Made by a program: the position numbers and the translations under genes
Notes under the pieces: model-generated
What the model saw: the letters and a program-made list of their open reading frames with translations, nothing else
Told to the model about the DNA's origin: nothing
Databases searched by the model: none
Assembly (NCBI GenBank): GCA_964524895.1
Contig: CAZGFG010000001.1
Location: forward strand, 54,936 to 118,935
Direction: 5' to 3'
Source: an uncultured Gammaproteobacteria bacterium
GTDB lineage: Bacteria; Patescibacteriota; Microgenomatia; Daviesbacterales; UBA10151
Length of the DNA: 64,000 nt
In this document: positions 1 through 11,000 of the stretch, one piece after another
How the letters are laid out: every line of letters starts with the position of its first letter
Numbering within the stretch: the stretch's first letter is position 1

Positions 1-3000
1 GCTATATTCTCTGGGTTAAGATCTCTTTGTAAAAAAATTGGATCATTTAGAACACGTTTAACTTCTATGTTCCTGATAGTCAGCGAAGATTTTGCTCCTG
101 TAAGCTCATTCCTTGCAGGCAGTATAATCCTCAATTTGGCATTTTTTGTAACCGGATTAAGTGAAAGTGTTAAAAGATTCGGTATCCATTGATTAAATGC
201 GGTTGACTGAATATGAATACAACTATGCAAACTACAAAAGTCATCAGATGACTCATTCAATTCAGTATCTGAAGTAATTGCTACTGTAAATCCATTTACC
301 GAGTCGGATAGTACTTCAAACGAAATCTGATACGTACCACCTCCTCCAGCATGATCAATTGGCCAATCTATGTATGCTTCATTTCCTGAATCGATTAACT
401 TGATGACTCCGCGGTCTAGTATTTGGACATTTTTATTATCGGTAAAGCTTGCGACAGATAGTAAATTAGCTGATAGCAATTTGTTGTAACTTATTTCGTA
501 CTCACCTTTTTCTAACTCAAAATTATTTAATATCAGGACTTTGTCCTGAATTAAGATAGAGGAGGGAGAAACAGTTTTATTATTTAAACTCAAGTTCAAT
601 CCTTTTATCCAGTCCGGATAAATATTTTGGAAGCCCTGGTCAGCTATTAATACTTTATATTCCCCATCCAGTTTATTGGAAAAGACAGCAATATTTTTAC
701 TTAAAAGGGGGTCCTGTTCGGCTGGATAAAAGGCCGGTAGCAAATTGGCCTCTACCAGTTTAATCTTTAATTTTTCCGCAATTTTTATAGCCATTTCTTT
801 CTCTTTAATACTACCAGTTAAAGATTGATTATTAAGAAGTAACAAATGTATTTGAAACATCGTAATAAATTGATTTTTAAATTGCTCTATTGCATATAAA
901 TTTTTTACATCTTTTTTAAATAGATAACCTAAAAGACTTTCGTACTCTTTCAGTAAAACCAATCTTTGATTTTGTGTTTTAGGAGCAGGTTTATATATCT
1001 CTAATAATTTATCTGTTGTCTGTAAAAGCAAGGTAGTCGCTTGTTCGCTTTCAAAAATTCCAGTTTGGTACAAATAATTTTTTATATTGAGTAACTTGCC
1101 ATATATAGAGTCTGGAGGAAATTGATTTCTTAAGATATACCCTACTTGCGTTTCTAATTCGCTAGTAGAAATTTGTTTAAAATCCAATAATGCTCTTGGA
1201 AAAACTGTTATTTTTCTTATCTTCGAATGATCGATTTTGTCGATATCCTTTTCTAGCGGACTTAGGATGATGTCTTTATTACCAGTCAGATTCAACAAAT
1301 CTATACTGCTGGCAGCTCCGGGATAAATTATTTGGCCACTGTTTACCACCTCAATTTTCTGTCCCTGGTTTTCCGATAAACTATAGATCACCAATCTTCC
1401 AAAAGTAGCTTCTTTCTTTAAGAAGTCTAAATTATTCAATGTGTCTTCGATTAGTTGAGGGTTAACCAAGTTGGCATCAATCCCATAAGTGTCTTTATCT
1501 GTCCAAACTTCATCTTTATGCAAAACAATAAACCTTACATTTAAAATTTTTAGTAAATTCAATATCTGCTCACTTTCCAAGAAAGATGGATAAAAAATAT
1601 AAGCTAGATTCTTAAGAAATTTGTCTGCATCTTTTGATCCCAGATTTCTAGACAAAGAAGGTTGGTGTGTAAATAAGACATGATTCACATCAACACCATG
1701 GTAACCCCAATCCCATTGGTAAGTTACTACATCCCCACCGGAATAGGGTAAATGCAAAAGAGTGTCATCCTTACTTCCATGTTGTCCCAACCATTCATCA
1801 GCTTCTTTATAGTATTTAGGCACGGCCACTTGAAAGTTGTTTTCTTGGGTTCCAAACACCCTGCCAGTAAACATTGGCGAGTTATAGATAATAATAGCGA
1901 GTGACAACGCTCCCACCACCAACACCCAAGCTACGGCGGAACTTATATACCTGGAAGTTACTCTCACCAATGTTTGTAAACCAACCACAAACAAAATACT
2001 CCCAAAAAACGGCAAGATAATCCCTAATTTTTCGTAAGGATTTCTCACCACTCCCAGCAGGAAAAGGCTGGAGATACCCCAAATATAGGGAGCTGTGAAA
2101 GGACTGGCTGCCCCTTTGGCCAAAAGAACCGCTACCAGGTAATTAACGGCGCTGGGTAGCAGATTTTTACTCTTGAGAGAAATAATTAGTCCTGTAAGCA
2201 CCAGTGTCGACACAATGAGGGGAATCATCTGATAAGAAAAAGTCCGGTAAAGTTGTCCTAATTCTGCAGTAAATAAAAGATAATATGGGTTCACCCATTG
2301 AAGAGAATAAGGCAAGATAGTTTTACGACTGATATTTATTAAAGTTGTTAAATTTTCCTCGCTGCTATGTTGAGACGATAACAAAGCAGGGGCGGTGGTA
2401 AAAAGTGAATTAATCCACCAATAGTTTAATAATACCCAGAAGATTAATCCTATTACAAATCTCATTCCTACTTTAAATAAATAATTCTTACTCTGCCAAG
2501 GAAAAATAGCTTCGGAAACAGTAATCATCCCCAGCAGTAGCCACACGGTAATAATGGAGGCCAGGCTACCATACATATATAAGGCTGTAAAATTAAGCAG
2601 TAAAAACAAAATCAAAAGTTCGAGCTTTCCCAAAGAGATCCACTTCTTCCAAGATAAAGCCAAAAGCGGTAGAAAAGCCGCCAAAAAGATTCCGGTATAT
2701 AGAAATCGGTGCCAAACTTCCACCATCATATATGGATTAAACATATAGAAAAGGCCAGCTACTGTAGCAAGCCCCTTTTTATCCTTAAAAATTGTTAAAG
2801 AAAACATGTACATGCCAAACCCCATTAAAAAAAGCAGTAGAATAGAAATTAGGGCTTGGAGCAACATTGGAGATAAACCAAGGGTAGTTAGAAATGACAG
2901 AACTGCATATAAAGGATATGCAATAATAAAATGTGGCACGGGCATACCCGGTGCTACCGCATTCCACCAGATAAATTGTGAGATCTCTGCTAGTCGGTTC

Positions 3001-3146
3001 GTATTATATGTTATGAAGCCTACTTCTGCACCACCATATAGATTGCCAGTTCTGAACCAATTCATTACTAAATAAATGGATACAGCCAAAAATAAAAACA
3101 GTGGTATAAGGAAAGAAGATTTATAAAGAAATTGTAATCTAACCAT
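1..3146 (-). CDS. Large polytopic membrane protein, YfhO/GT-C-like putative glycosyltransferase; partial, 3' end runs off the window edge. Paralogue of 8039..11536 and 45281..47503.
   Basis: Hand translation of the reverse strand from the ATG at 3144..3146 gives MVRLQFLYKSSFLIPLFLFLAVSIYLVMNWFRTGNLYGGAEVGFITYN... and I checked about 400 nt without finding a stop. The ORF track reports no complete minus-strand ORF here, which fits an open frame that leaves the window. The N-terminus and an internal block (VPKYYKEADEWLGQHGSKDDTLLHLPYSGGDVVTYQWDWGYHGVDV) parallel the 1165 aa and 740 aa paralogues (VKVPNDYQQASRWL...GVTYNWEKGYAGVEL). Confidence 0.6.
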   Translation of the reverse strand, partial: MVRLQFLYKSSFLIPLFLFLAVSIYLVMNWFRTGNLYGGAEVGFITYNTNRLAEISQFIWWNAVAPGMPVPHFIIAYPLYAVLSFLTTLGLSPMLLQALISILLLFLMGFGMYMFSLTIFKDKKGLATVAGLFYMFNPYMMVEVWHRFLYTGIFLAAFLPLLALSWKKWISLGKLELLILFLLLNFTALYMYGSLASIITVWLLLGMITVSEAIFPWQSKNYLFKVGMRFVIGLIFWVLLNYWWINSLFTTAPALLSSQHSSEENLTTLINISRKTILPYSLQWVNPYYLLFTAELGQLYRTFSYQMIPLIVSTLVLTGLIISLKSKNLLPSAVNYLVAVLLAKGAASPFTAPYIWGISSLFLLGVVRNPYEKLGIILPFFGSILFVVGLQTLVRVTSRYISSAVAWVLVVGALSLAIIIYNSPMFTGRVFGTQENNFQVAVPKYYKEADEWLGQHGSKDDTLLHLPYSGGDVVTYQWDWGYHGVDVNHVLFTHQPSLSRNLGSKDADKFLKNLAYIFYPSFLESEQILNLLKILNVRFIVLHKDEVWTDKDTYGIDANLVNPQLIEDTLNNLDFLKKEATFGRLVIYSLSENQGQKIEVVNSGQIIYPGAASSIDLLNLTGNKDIILSPLEKDIDKIDHSKIRKITVFPRALLDFKQISTSELETQVGYILRNQFPPDSIYGKLLNIKNYLYQTGIFESEQATTLLLQTTDKLLEIYKPAPKTQNQRLVLLKEYESLLGYLFKKDVKNLYAIEQFKNQFITMFQIHLLLLNNQSLTGSIKEKEMAIKIAEKLKIKLVEANLLPAFYPAEQDPLLSKNIAVFSNKLDGEYKVLIADQGFQNIYPDWIKGLNLSLNNKTVSPSSILIQDKVLILNNFELEKGEYEISYNKLLSANLLSVASFTDNKNVQILDRGVIKLIDSGNEAYIDWPIDHAGGGGTYQISFEVLSDSVNGFTVAITSDTELNESSDDFCSLHSCIHIQSTAFNQWIPNLLTLSLNPVTKNAKLRIILPARNELTGAKSSLTIRNIEVKRVLNDPIFLQRDLNPENI

Positions 3147-3156
3147 TAAATTTATT

Positions 3157-5940
3157 TTACTTATGCCTTATTTTCAACCTGGGAAGAAATAATAAAATAA
3201 CAATTATGAGTAGACTGATTCCTGAAATGACTAACCCCCATTTAATCCATTTTTGAGGTGCAAATACCACTTCATATACACCATCTTTATCAATGTAAAA
3301 ACCGTTTAGCAAGCTGTATGTAGGTATCGAACTAATGCCGTTAATTTGCCAAAAGGGATGGTAAGCTTGAGAAAAAATTAGCATCACCGGGCTTGTAATC
3401 CCACGAACACTGGCCACATATTTAGTGGGATTTTCTTGGTAATAAGATACTGTCCCACCAGCATTTGCTACATTTCCCTCCTCATAGTTAATAATTCTAT
3501 TCGTTTCATACAGATGAGTTGCTTTGTTTAAATATGATCTCCAGGTATTTTTATCAATTGCTGCCACTGCGTTTATCACATTAATTTCTCCCTCGGTCTC
3601 TATAACTAAAGGCTGCAAAAAATCCATATTCCCAACCTCAAACCACTGGATGTTTGCTTTTTGATAATGGAATATCTGATCCGGTATTTGATTATTCCCT
3701 GTTAATTTAATATAGATAGTTTCAGGGTCAGCAATCTTGGTACTTATTTCCCCTATTTTTTGCCCATATTGGTAAAATTTTATACTACCACCTCTACTAC
3801 TTTGCATAGCTCGAACAAGTAAAACCCCCTTAGAGCCCTTTTGAATGTTAACAGTCAGTTTTTTGTTTCCTTCAGCTATTGCCCAACCTCCCCCAAGGTC
3901 AAAATCCTGGTTATCAATGCCGTATTTTGTTTGCAGAAAATCTCTCCACCACACTAAATCCGTAGTCTCTCTTTTCCACCAACCTGTTTCATTTGGGCTA
4001 TCTTGAAGAATTTTTGCCGGAAAGAAAATATCATTTTCATTAATAAAGCTTGCCGCAAGATCTTTCAAACTTTTGTTTCGAAGCAATATCTTAGCATTTG
4101 GAAATTCATCCAATTTCTTGCCTAAACCTATCTTTTCCTCCACGAAGACTAAAGCATTATCTGCTAGATTAAGTTCAATACTTCTAGTAAATTCATTGTA
4201 AACATCATCCGATCCTATTACCCACCATAAATTTGGAGCTATAAAAAATCTGTCTTGGTGTTTATTAACTTTAAACAGAGGAATTTGGGAATCATCAACT
4301 TTTGACAACCAGGGAAGTTGACTTAACTGACCCTGAAAATTGGCATAATACTCAATATTCTCCGACTTGAGGCTATCTCTTTTAATATCTAGAGGGGGAT
4401 AGCTGACATAGCCAATCCCTAAAACGTTAAATATCTCTCCCATAAATTTTGCTTCCCTAATAAAGTTTAATCTTTCATAAGTACCTACAGTACCCACAGC
4501 AAAAGGCCTTTTCTGCATTAGCCTTGTTCCCTCTAAAGCCGGATGTGTTGTATCCCAATAACCCAATGGGTTTTTAGTAGGAATCCAAAATACCCGCGAG
4601 AAGTTTTTATCCTGCGCCAATCTATTCTGAAGCCCATTATAAGCTTCACTACCTCTGGGGGTAGAGAAAGTTCCAGTCATAACCCCTAACCAAATCGGAC
4701 GAGCTAAAATAATAAAGTAGCTTGCAGTTAAAACTAATATATAGATTCTGAACCTGGATTTTTTTAGAGCGGATATAATCACCTCAACACTTACACCAAT
4801 TAATAAACTATAAGAAAGTACTGTGAGGAAATAAAATTTGGTGGAGTCCCGAAACAATGAAAAACCGGGAATGTTGTCAAATAGCCATGGATAAATCTTA
4901 GAAAAAGGATCCAGTGAGCCCTTGACCAAAAATAAAGAGAAGATTGCTACAATTAGCCAAAATCCCACCCACTTATTTTTCGACTTAAGTATAGGCGCCA
5001 AGAAGACCAGTATAGGTATACCTATAAACTCCCATTGCAAACCTGTAACACTCCCAAAAATATTCTTATACCAATGCGGAGACAGCAGCAATAATGCATG
5101 ACCAAGATTAGCAAAATTTTGTGACGAGTTTTTAGTCAAATATGAAAAAAGTTCATTCTCGACCGGAGCTTTCAACAATACAATTAGCCAATAAGAATTA
5201 AGCAGTAAAAAGAATGATGATATAACACTTCCTGCTTTTAACCACCTGAATAAGCTATTTTCCCTTAAAAAGACTACAGAATAGATAAAATAAGTTATTG
5301 TCAATAAAAACAATATATAAACAAATCTAATATCAAATACTCCCAAAACTGTTACACAGACTGCTGCAATTAACTGATCCACAAAACCTCTATTGATAGA
5401 CTTGACTATTAACAAAAAGCTAATTGGAAATATGGCAAATGCTAAGGCAATGGACAATTGTCCACCATCTATCAGTAGGAGTAGGTATGTATTGGTTAAG
5501 TAAAAAAGACTTGATATAAAGATTGCGGCATTAGAAAGCTTCAATTCATGACTTAATTTCCAAATGCCTGCCGTACTTAGGAAGAATACAGGTATTATCC
5601 ATAACACCCTCTCCAAAATTATAAATGGGAAACCTAAATTTGTCAGTAATCCCAAAATTAAATTAAAAGGCCAGGACCAAAGTGTAAAAACAGTATATTC
5701 ACCCATTCCCTCCACATCCCTTTCCATCCAAGTCTGCGGAATATTAAGTAAGGACTTTAGGAATGACTGCGGAACAAAAGGAAAGTCGCTAGCTACTTTG
5801 ATCTCGGGAATCCACCACTGCCAATAAACTAAAAGCCACAGTATTAATAAAATTAAAAAATACCTATTGCGCAGCATCAAGCTCCAGCTATAGTGCAGTA
5901 ACAACTTAAGTCTATCTTTCATGTCGATAGTATATTCCAA
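3157..5940 (-). CDS. 927 aa polytopic membrane protein with a large extracytoplasmic domain and a C-terminal TM anchor; YfhO-like GT-C putative glycosyltransferase.
   Basis: Long ORF with about 12 N-terminal hydrophobic segments, a block WSWPFNLILGLL resembling the YfhO 'PFNWLLVL' region, a ~450 aa hydrophilic domain, and a terminal hydrophobic helix (WGLVISGISLLIIVILLFL). The stop is 10 nt upstream of the next gene's start. Confidence 0.6.
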   Translation of the reverse strand: MEYTIDMKDRLKLLLHYSWSLMLRNRYFLILLILWLLVYWQWWIPEIKVASDFPFVPQSFLKSLLNIPQTWMERDVEGMGEYTVFTLWSWPFNLILGLLTNLGFPFIILERVLWIIPVFFLSTAGIWKLSHELKLSNAAIFISSLFYLTNTYLLLLIDGGQLSIALAFAIFPISFLLIVKSINRGFVDQLIAAVCVTVLGVFDIRFVYILFLLTITYFIYSVVFLRENSLFRWLKAGSVISSFFLLLNSYWLIVLLKAPVENELFSYLTKNSSQNFANLGHALLLLSPHWYKNIFGSVTGLQWEFIGIPILVFLAPILKSKNKWVGFWLIVAIFSLFLVKGSLDPFSKIYPWLFDNIPGFSLFRDSTKFYFLTVLSYSLLIGVSVEVIISALKKSRFRIYILVLTASYFIILARPIWLGVMTGTFSTPRGSEAYNGLQNRLAQDKNFSRVFWIPTKNPLGYWDTTHPALEGTRLMQKRPFAVGTVGTYERLNFIREAKFMGEIFNVLGIGYVSYPPLDIKRDSLKSENIEYYANFQGQLSQLPWLSKVDDSQIPLFKVNKHQDRFFIAPNLWWVIGSDDVYNEFTRSIELNLADNALVFVEEKIGLGKKLDEFPNAKILLRNKSLKDLAASFINENDIFFPAKILQDSPNETGWWKRETTDLVWWRDFLQTKYGIDNQDFDLGGGWAIAEGNKKLTVNIQKGSKGVLLVRAMQSSRGGSIKFYQYGQKIGEISTKIADPETIYIKLTGNNQIPDQIFHYQKANIQWFEVGNMDFLQPLVIETEGEINVINAVAAIDKNTWRSYLNKATHLYETNRIINYEEGNVANAGGTVSYYQENPTKYVASVRGITSPVMLIFSQAYHPFWQINGISSIPTYSLLNGFYIDKDGVYEVVFAPQKWIKWGLVISGISLLIIVILLFLPRLKIRHK

Positions 5941-6100
5941 TTAGATAAAATAATGTTCCTAGAACTGCTATCCCATAAGCTATTTTTAAAAAAAATAGGG
6001 CATAGCTTGGATGATTTAAAAAGAGACTTAGCCCGGACAAAGCTAGAATCAAAATGCTCAAAAAAAACAGTTTGTTGCAAGTAGAGATTAATCTTTTCAT
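5912..6100 (-). CDS. Small hydrophobic protein (62 aa, 2 predicted TM); uncertain.
   Basis: ORF with two hydrophobic helices. It overlaps the start of 3157..5940 by 29 nt. No homology recognised. Confidence 0.25.
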   Translation of the reverse strand: MKRLISTCNKLFFLSILILALSGLSLFLNHPSYALFFLKIAYGIAVLGTLFYLIGIYYRHER

Positions 6101-6119
6101 AGCATTACTTGAAATATTA

Positions 6120-6125
6120 TATAAT
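6120..6125 (+). promoter_or_regulatory. Candidate -10 hexamer TATAAT for the 6151 gene.
   Basis: Perfect TATAAT 25 nt upstream of the ATG, with a weak TTCATA 18 nt further upstream. The region is AT-rich, so a chance match is plausible. Confidence 0.2.
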
Positions 6126-6150
6126 TGAAACCATATAGTAAATCTTCAAA

Positions 6151-7656
6151 ATGAAGCATGTATCCCTTCTTTTCCTTTATGCTTATATTACGGTGTTGCT
6201 GTTTTATCAACCGGTGCTTTTTACATATTTTTCACAGGATGACTTTTTTCATTTCAAGGTTAGCCAAACAGATGGAAGCTTAACAGGCTTTCTAAACCTT
6301 TTCGGCGCTCATTCCTTTCAAGAAAGAGGTATCGCTTTTTACCGTCCCATTTCCAGAGAGTTCTTATACCACACTTTTTACAACCTCTTTGGTCTTAACC
6401 CTATTCCATTCCGCCTACTGCAACTTACACTCCTCGCTGTCAATATGACTCTAGTATATCTGTTAATGCAAAAAATCTTTAGTGCAAAAACTTTATCTAT
6501 ACTAACTGCTTTTTTCTTTGGTATTACAGCTAGCAATGTTGCTCCACTATTTTATCTAGCAGGAGGCGCACAGACTCTCATCGCCACTTCATTTATTCTG
6601 CTTTGTCTTATCTTGTACTTAGAATTTCTGAAATCTAAGATAAAAATATATTATTTTGCTTCATTTATCACATACATATTTGCCCTTGCTTCTCATGAAC
6701 TATCAGCAAGCCTACCAATTATTCTATTACTACTTAGTTTTTCCTTAGTTTCTAAGAAACAATATTTGCATGAAGCAGTCCGGTTATTACCCTTTTTCAT
6801 CATACTTTCCTTATATCTTTATATAGATATACACATCATCGGATTCTCAGATCAAGAAAAACAATACCAATTAAGCGTAGGGGTAAAGACATTTATGAAC
6901 TCACTTTCTTGGTACTTTGTCTGGGGACTTGGCATTCCAGAAATGTTAATAGATTTTGTTTTTCCGGGATTCAAATTAAACCCAGATTTAATGAAATACT
7001 GGGGGAACTATTTTAGGATTATCTTTTCTGCTTTTTTTATAGTACTAGCAACGATCGCTTTCTCACTTACTTATCTATTATGGACAAAGAAGGCATTACT
7101 GTTTGATAAAAAATTTCTATTTCTACTATTCTGGTTTCCAATCGCCATTTTTCCGGTAACCTTTCTACCATTGCACAAATCAAGCTACTATTTGGTTCCC
7201 GCTCTCCCCGCTCTGTGGGGAGGAGTTTGGTATCTAATTTTCAATACGTACCGATCAATTAAACTAAAACATCAAAGAGCGGCAAATCTCTTTTTTGTAA
7301 TCTCCTTTCTTAGTTTTCTAATATTGTCCTTTACATCTATTAAGCTAGGTGAAACAACTTATTGGGCAGCCACTAGAGGAAAACTAGCTGAAAAGTTAGT
7401 AAAGGAGGTTAAATTCGCTTATCCTATCCTTCCTAAAGGAGCTCTAATTTATTTTGTAAACGATCCCAGTTACCCTTATGTTGCCCAAGATTGGGGAGGG
7501 ACTTCAAAACAAGCAGCATTTGCTTTGAATGGTGAAGACGCATTAAAGCTCTTGTATAAAGATCCCACTTTAAAAGTTTACTATCAAGATTTAAATAACT
7601 TGCCTGATAATTCTCCGAAGGAAAAAGTATATACTTTAATAATCAGAATCTATTGA
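6151..7656 (+). CDS. GT-C superfamily membrane glycosyltransferase (ArnT/PMT-like, 501 aa).
   Basis: Polytopic N-terminal region with an acidic motif FSQDDFFHF right after the first TM, then a C-terminal soluble domain. This is the typical ArnT/PMT-type GT-C architecture. Confidence 0.6.
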   Translation: MKHVSLLFLYAYITVLLFYQPVLFTYFSQDDFFHFKVSQTDGSLTGFLNLFGAHSFQERGIAFYRPISREFLYHTFYNLFGLNPIPFRLLQLTLLAVNMTLVYLLMQKIFSAKTLSILTAFFFGITASNVAPLFYLAGGAQTLIATSFILLCLILYLEFLKSKIKIYYFASFITYIFALASHELSASLPIILLLLSFSLVSKKQYLHEAVRLLPFFIILSLYLYIDIHIIGFSDQEKQYQLSVGVKTFMNSLSWYFVWGLGIPEMLIDFVFPGFKLNPDLMKYWGNYFRIIFSAFFIVLATIAFSLTYLLWTKKALLFDKKFLFLLFWFPIAIFPVTFLPLHKSSYYLVPALPALWGGVWYLIFNTYRSIKLKHQRAANLFFVISFLSFLILSFTSIKLGETTYWAATRGKLAEKLVKEVKFAYPILPKGALIYFVNDPSYPYVAQDWGGTSKQAAFALNGEDALKLLYKDPTLKVYYQDLNNLPDNSPKEKVYTLIIRIY

Positions 7657-7734
7657 GCATTAAGATAAATAAAAACTGGTAGACTCGTGAGAAGCATGCA
7701 GAAAATTTATTATTAAACTTCGCCAATTATTACA

Positions 7735-8055
7735 TCAACTCGATAAATTTCTTTTAACTTGCTTGTATTCTATTAATACTTGCGCGTATCCAATGATTAA
7801 AAATAAAATTCCTACTCTCATGATAATTTCTGCAATAATATCAAAACTAAATACGGTCATAAAATATGCCAAAATAAAAGAGATAAAGGTTAAGAAAAAG
7901 GATGCTTTGCTTTGTAACTTAAGTTTCCAAACATAGAAACCCCAGCCTAATAAAATCCAACTGTATATGTATATATTGAGCATAGGAAGAAGAAAAAGCA
8001 GGGTGAGTATCAAAAGCCAAATAATGAGGGGTACAAATCTAGTTATCCTTAACAT
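7735..8055 (-). CDS. Small integral membrane protein (106 aa, 3–4 TM), immediately downstream of and overlapping the 1165 aa GT-C gene. A possible GtrA-like accessory.
   Basis: Hydrophobic ORF overlapping the stop of 8039..11536 by 17 nt, which suggests translational coupling. There is no motif-level identification. Confidence 0.4.
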   Translation of the reverse strand: MLRITRFVPLIIWLLILTLLFLLPMLNIYIYSWILLGWGFYVWKLKLQSKASFFLTFISFILAYFMTVFSFDIIAEIIMRVGILFLIIGYAQVLIEYKQVKRNLSS

Positions 8056-11000
8056 ATCTCCTCTTTAATCTCCAAATCACTATTAGTAAACCAGATGAAA
8101 ACGCAACTTGCGATATTATCTCAGTTGAAAATAGTAAATCTTGAGGGGCATATTTAATAATTATTTGATAATCGCCTAATTTATCAATTTTCCAGCCGTT
8201 AGCATATACATTTACTATAAAATGGTCTGCCTGTAGTTCATTCCCAGATGTTGTTAATATTTTCCACCCGGGATCAAAAAGCTCAGATAATACAAGTATA
8301 TAAGGTTCTTTAGCATCAGTTATGTTGATTATATATTGCATGTCGCCTATTTTCTTAAAATCCACTTTAGGGGTACTACTTATTTTTTCTAAATTAGATT
8401 TAACTAAAATGGGCTCATCTATTAGATCCCTAGTAACAGAAAGGTTTCTTATTATTACTTCAGTCGTTCTATCATAGGGCTCCCTAAAACTTTTATCTTT
8501 GCATCGATTTTTGTTCCTAGTATAAAATATTGTCTCACAATCATTCCAAGGATTGACTTTTAATATCAATCTTGCTGTATCCGCCGTATTATTTAACTTG
8601 AAAGAACTGATAAAGTGTTTCTCTCCATAATAGTAATTGTCCGATCCTAAATTAGCAGCAAATCCGTATTCTATTTTACCTAACTTTATTTTAGCGTTAT
8701 TCTCCTCCGCAAGTACTTCAACCCCCAACCCTTTTTTTATCCAGTAATCAAATGCAACCGTATATTCTGCATAAGGATCGTAATTATTTATCGGAAAAGC
8801 CCTACTCGCTTCCCCGTGTTGCACCGTAAGAGTAAACTCATCTTCTGCATTTACTAAATTTACTTCATCAGGCGTATTGAGGGAAATCTCGTGCATCCCA
8901 GAGTCAAAATACATTTTTCCTAATGTCTGACGGCCTAACCGCCCCGGCATCCTTTTAGCAGGAACAATCTTGCTGTCTACCTGTAAAATAATCCTGCCAT
9001 CATTATTCTTTTTATAGTATTTATCTAGATACTCATCACCCCAAAAAAGTTCATATTCTCCGGGGGTGATTATCTTAAACCTATAAGCTATCCTTTTTCT
9101 TACAGTAAATCCATCTTCTTCCCTAAATCCAAAGATAGGTTGAATATTCTCGGTACTTAGCTTAGAATCGAGTAATCGCTGTATATCTTTTAACTGTTCG
9201 ACAATAATCTCATTTTCCGGGAAATGGTTTATCAATTCACTCAATACAACTTCATGTTTTGCAAAGATACCATATAGTTTCTCCTGCTTTATTACTTGCT
9301 TATTATAGATCGTGTGCGAAAGCCTATATCCAGCAAAGATTGGAGTAATTCCATCTAACAAGCTTTTGTATCCTTGAATGGCTATCAGGACGCCTGACGC
9401 ATTATTCTGTCCAGACTCTAATTTTGCCTCAACTAACCTTTTACCTAACAACATGATGATAAAATCCAGTTTTTTTGATATATTAGTATTAGATTCCAAA
9501 TCCATCTTTTCTTTCAGGAGTATCAATCTGTAAAAGCTGCTTGATGGAGGAAATTTAACATGAGGGAAAATATCTTGCCCTCCCTCCGTACTCTGTGTCA
9601 GACTTTCTCCTAGAGAAAGCCTAGCTATAGGATGAATTACTTCTTGATTCACCTTTATATCATTTAGGGAAAGGTCTCCCCCAATCAACACGTCATTACC
9701 ACTTAGAAAAAACTGCGTGTCCGATATTTTAGGCTGAGGAGATACTGCAATGACATGATCGGACAAAGATATTCTCCTATCAACCCACTTTGTATTCTCC
9801 CAAAAAGCAAGTTCTCCAAATACTTCAATCATCTTAAATTGCCCACCTTTGTCTTTTAATCTGTTAAATATACTTTGCGGGTCACGTATCTCCCTGATAC
9901 GCCAATTAATATCATTCCTAAGCATTATATATTTAGCATTTAATATGTTCATTACTTCTGAAAAACTTTCCTTTTTTAAAAAATGTTCCTCTAAACCTCC
10001 TGAAATATCTTTATAAAAAGGGATGTTGGTCTGAAAAGAGACTGAGGTGATTGGGAGTAATTGATTCGAAAGCTCCACACCGGCATAACCTTTTTCCCAA
10101 TTATAAGTAACCCCTTCATCTCCTAAGGGAAATGCTAAAAGACGGAAATTACCTGTTTCGGAATTAAGCCACCTAGAAGCTTGTTGATAATCATTAGGCA
10201 CTTTGACTTGGTAACCTATACTGGGAATATTTGCAGGGTATTCCTCGGCCGTAAAGACTAAACCGGTCCAATAAGGTAACCCGAGTATGCCCAACCAAGC
10301 TATGATTACAAAATAAGCATACTTCCGCCATTTCTCAAAAATTTTCCCGTTTAAGATATACACCCCGTACGCAAACAACGGTGCCGCGGCGAGGGGAAGC
10401 AAAAAACCAAATTTCTCAAATGAATTTCGAAAAACCTGCAAAAATCCGAATTTTTCAAATGCCAAGTTGAATAGTTGTCCAAATGGGGGGTTATTCCCCA
10501 TTGAAAGCAAAGTTCCAAGGATAAACAAACCACTTAATAGCAAAACCGAGTTTTTCTTATTTCTAAAAAATAAAGGGATAAAAATTATTAGTGAAAACGC
10601 AAAAGATAAAAAAGCAACCGGCGGAAAAGTATACAACTTTACCCACTGCATACTATCAGGGCCAAAGAAAGAAGCATGCTGCAACTTCACAATATTTATC
10701 AAACTACCTAGTTTCTGACTAAGAATAGAAAATATTAGTTGGTTATTTTCAGGCGAAAAAGACGTTTGCCTCACCGTGGAAAAACTACTTGAATAAATAT
10801 AACTAAAGGTTTGACTAATCCACCAAAGATTTGTTAAAAACCAGAAAAATAACGACAACAATAGAAATTTAATAACAAACAGTCTAGACTTGAAGTCATT
10901 ATAAGCAAATATATAAAATACTGCCGTGTAAACTAAGACTAACCAAAGTAAAATAATAAAAGCTGCAGAAGAAAGTGCATAAGCAAAAACGGTTGACGAT

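Noticed and set aside
2554-3075. Small ORFs (60–89 aa) on both strands inside the region of the first, edge-truncated gene
   Set aside because: They lie inside or antisense to a continuous, well-conserved reading frame (the paralogue of the 1165 aa protein). Their composition looks like translated antisense sequence with no motif.
10351-10718. Embedded ORFs 10351..10533 (-) and 10467..10718 (+) within the 1165 aa gene
   Set aside because: They are alternative-frame or antisense ORFs inside a long gene in an AT-rich genome, and have no independent support. Similar embedded ORFs elsewhere in the track (for example 14515..14780, 22398..22727, 24153..24683, 26274..26510, 32827..33114, 34110..34800, 39189..39800) were rejected for the same reason.
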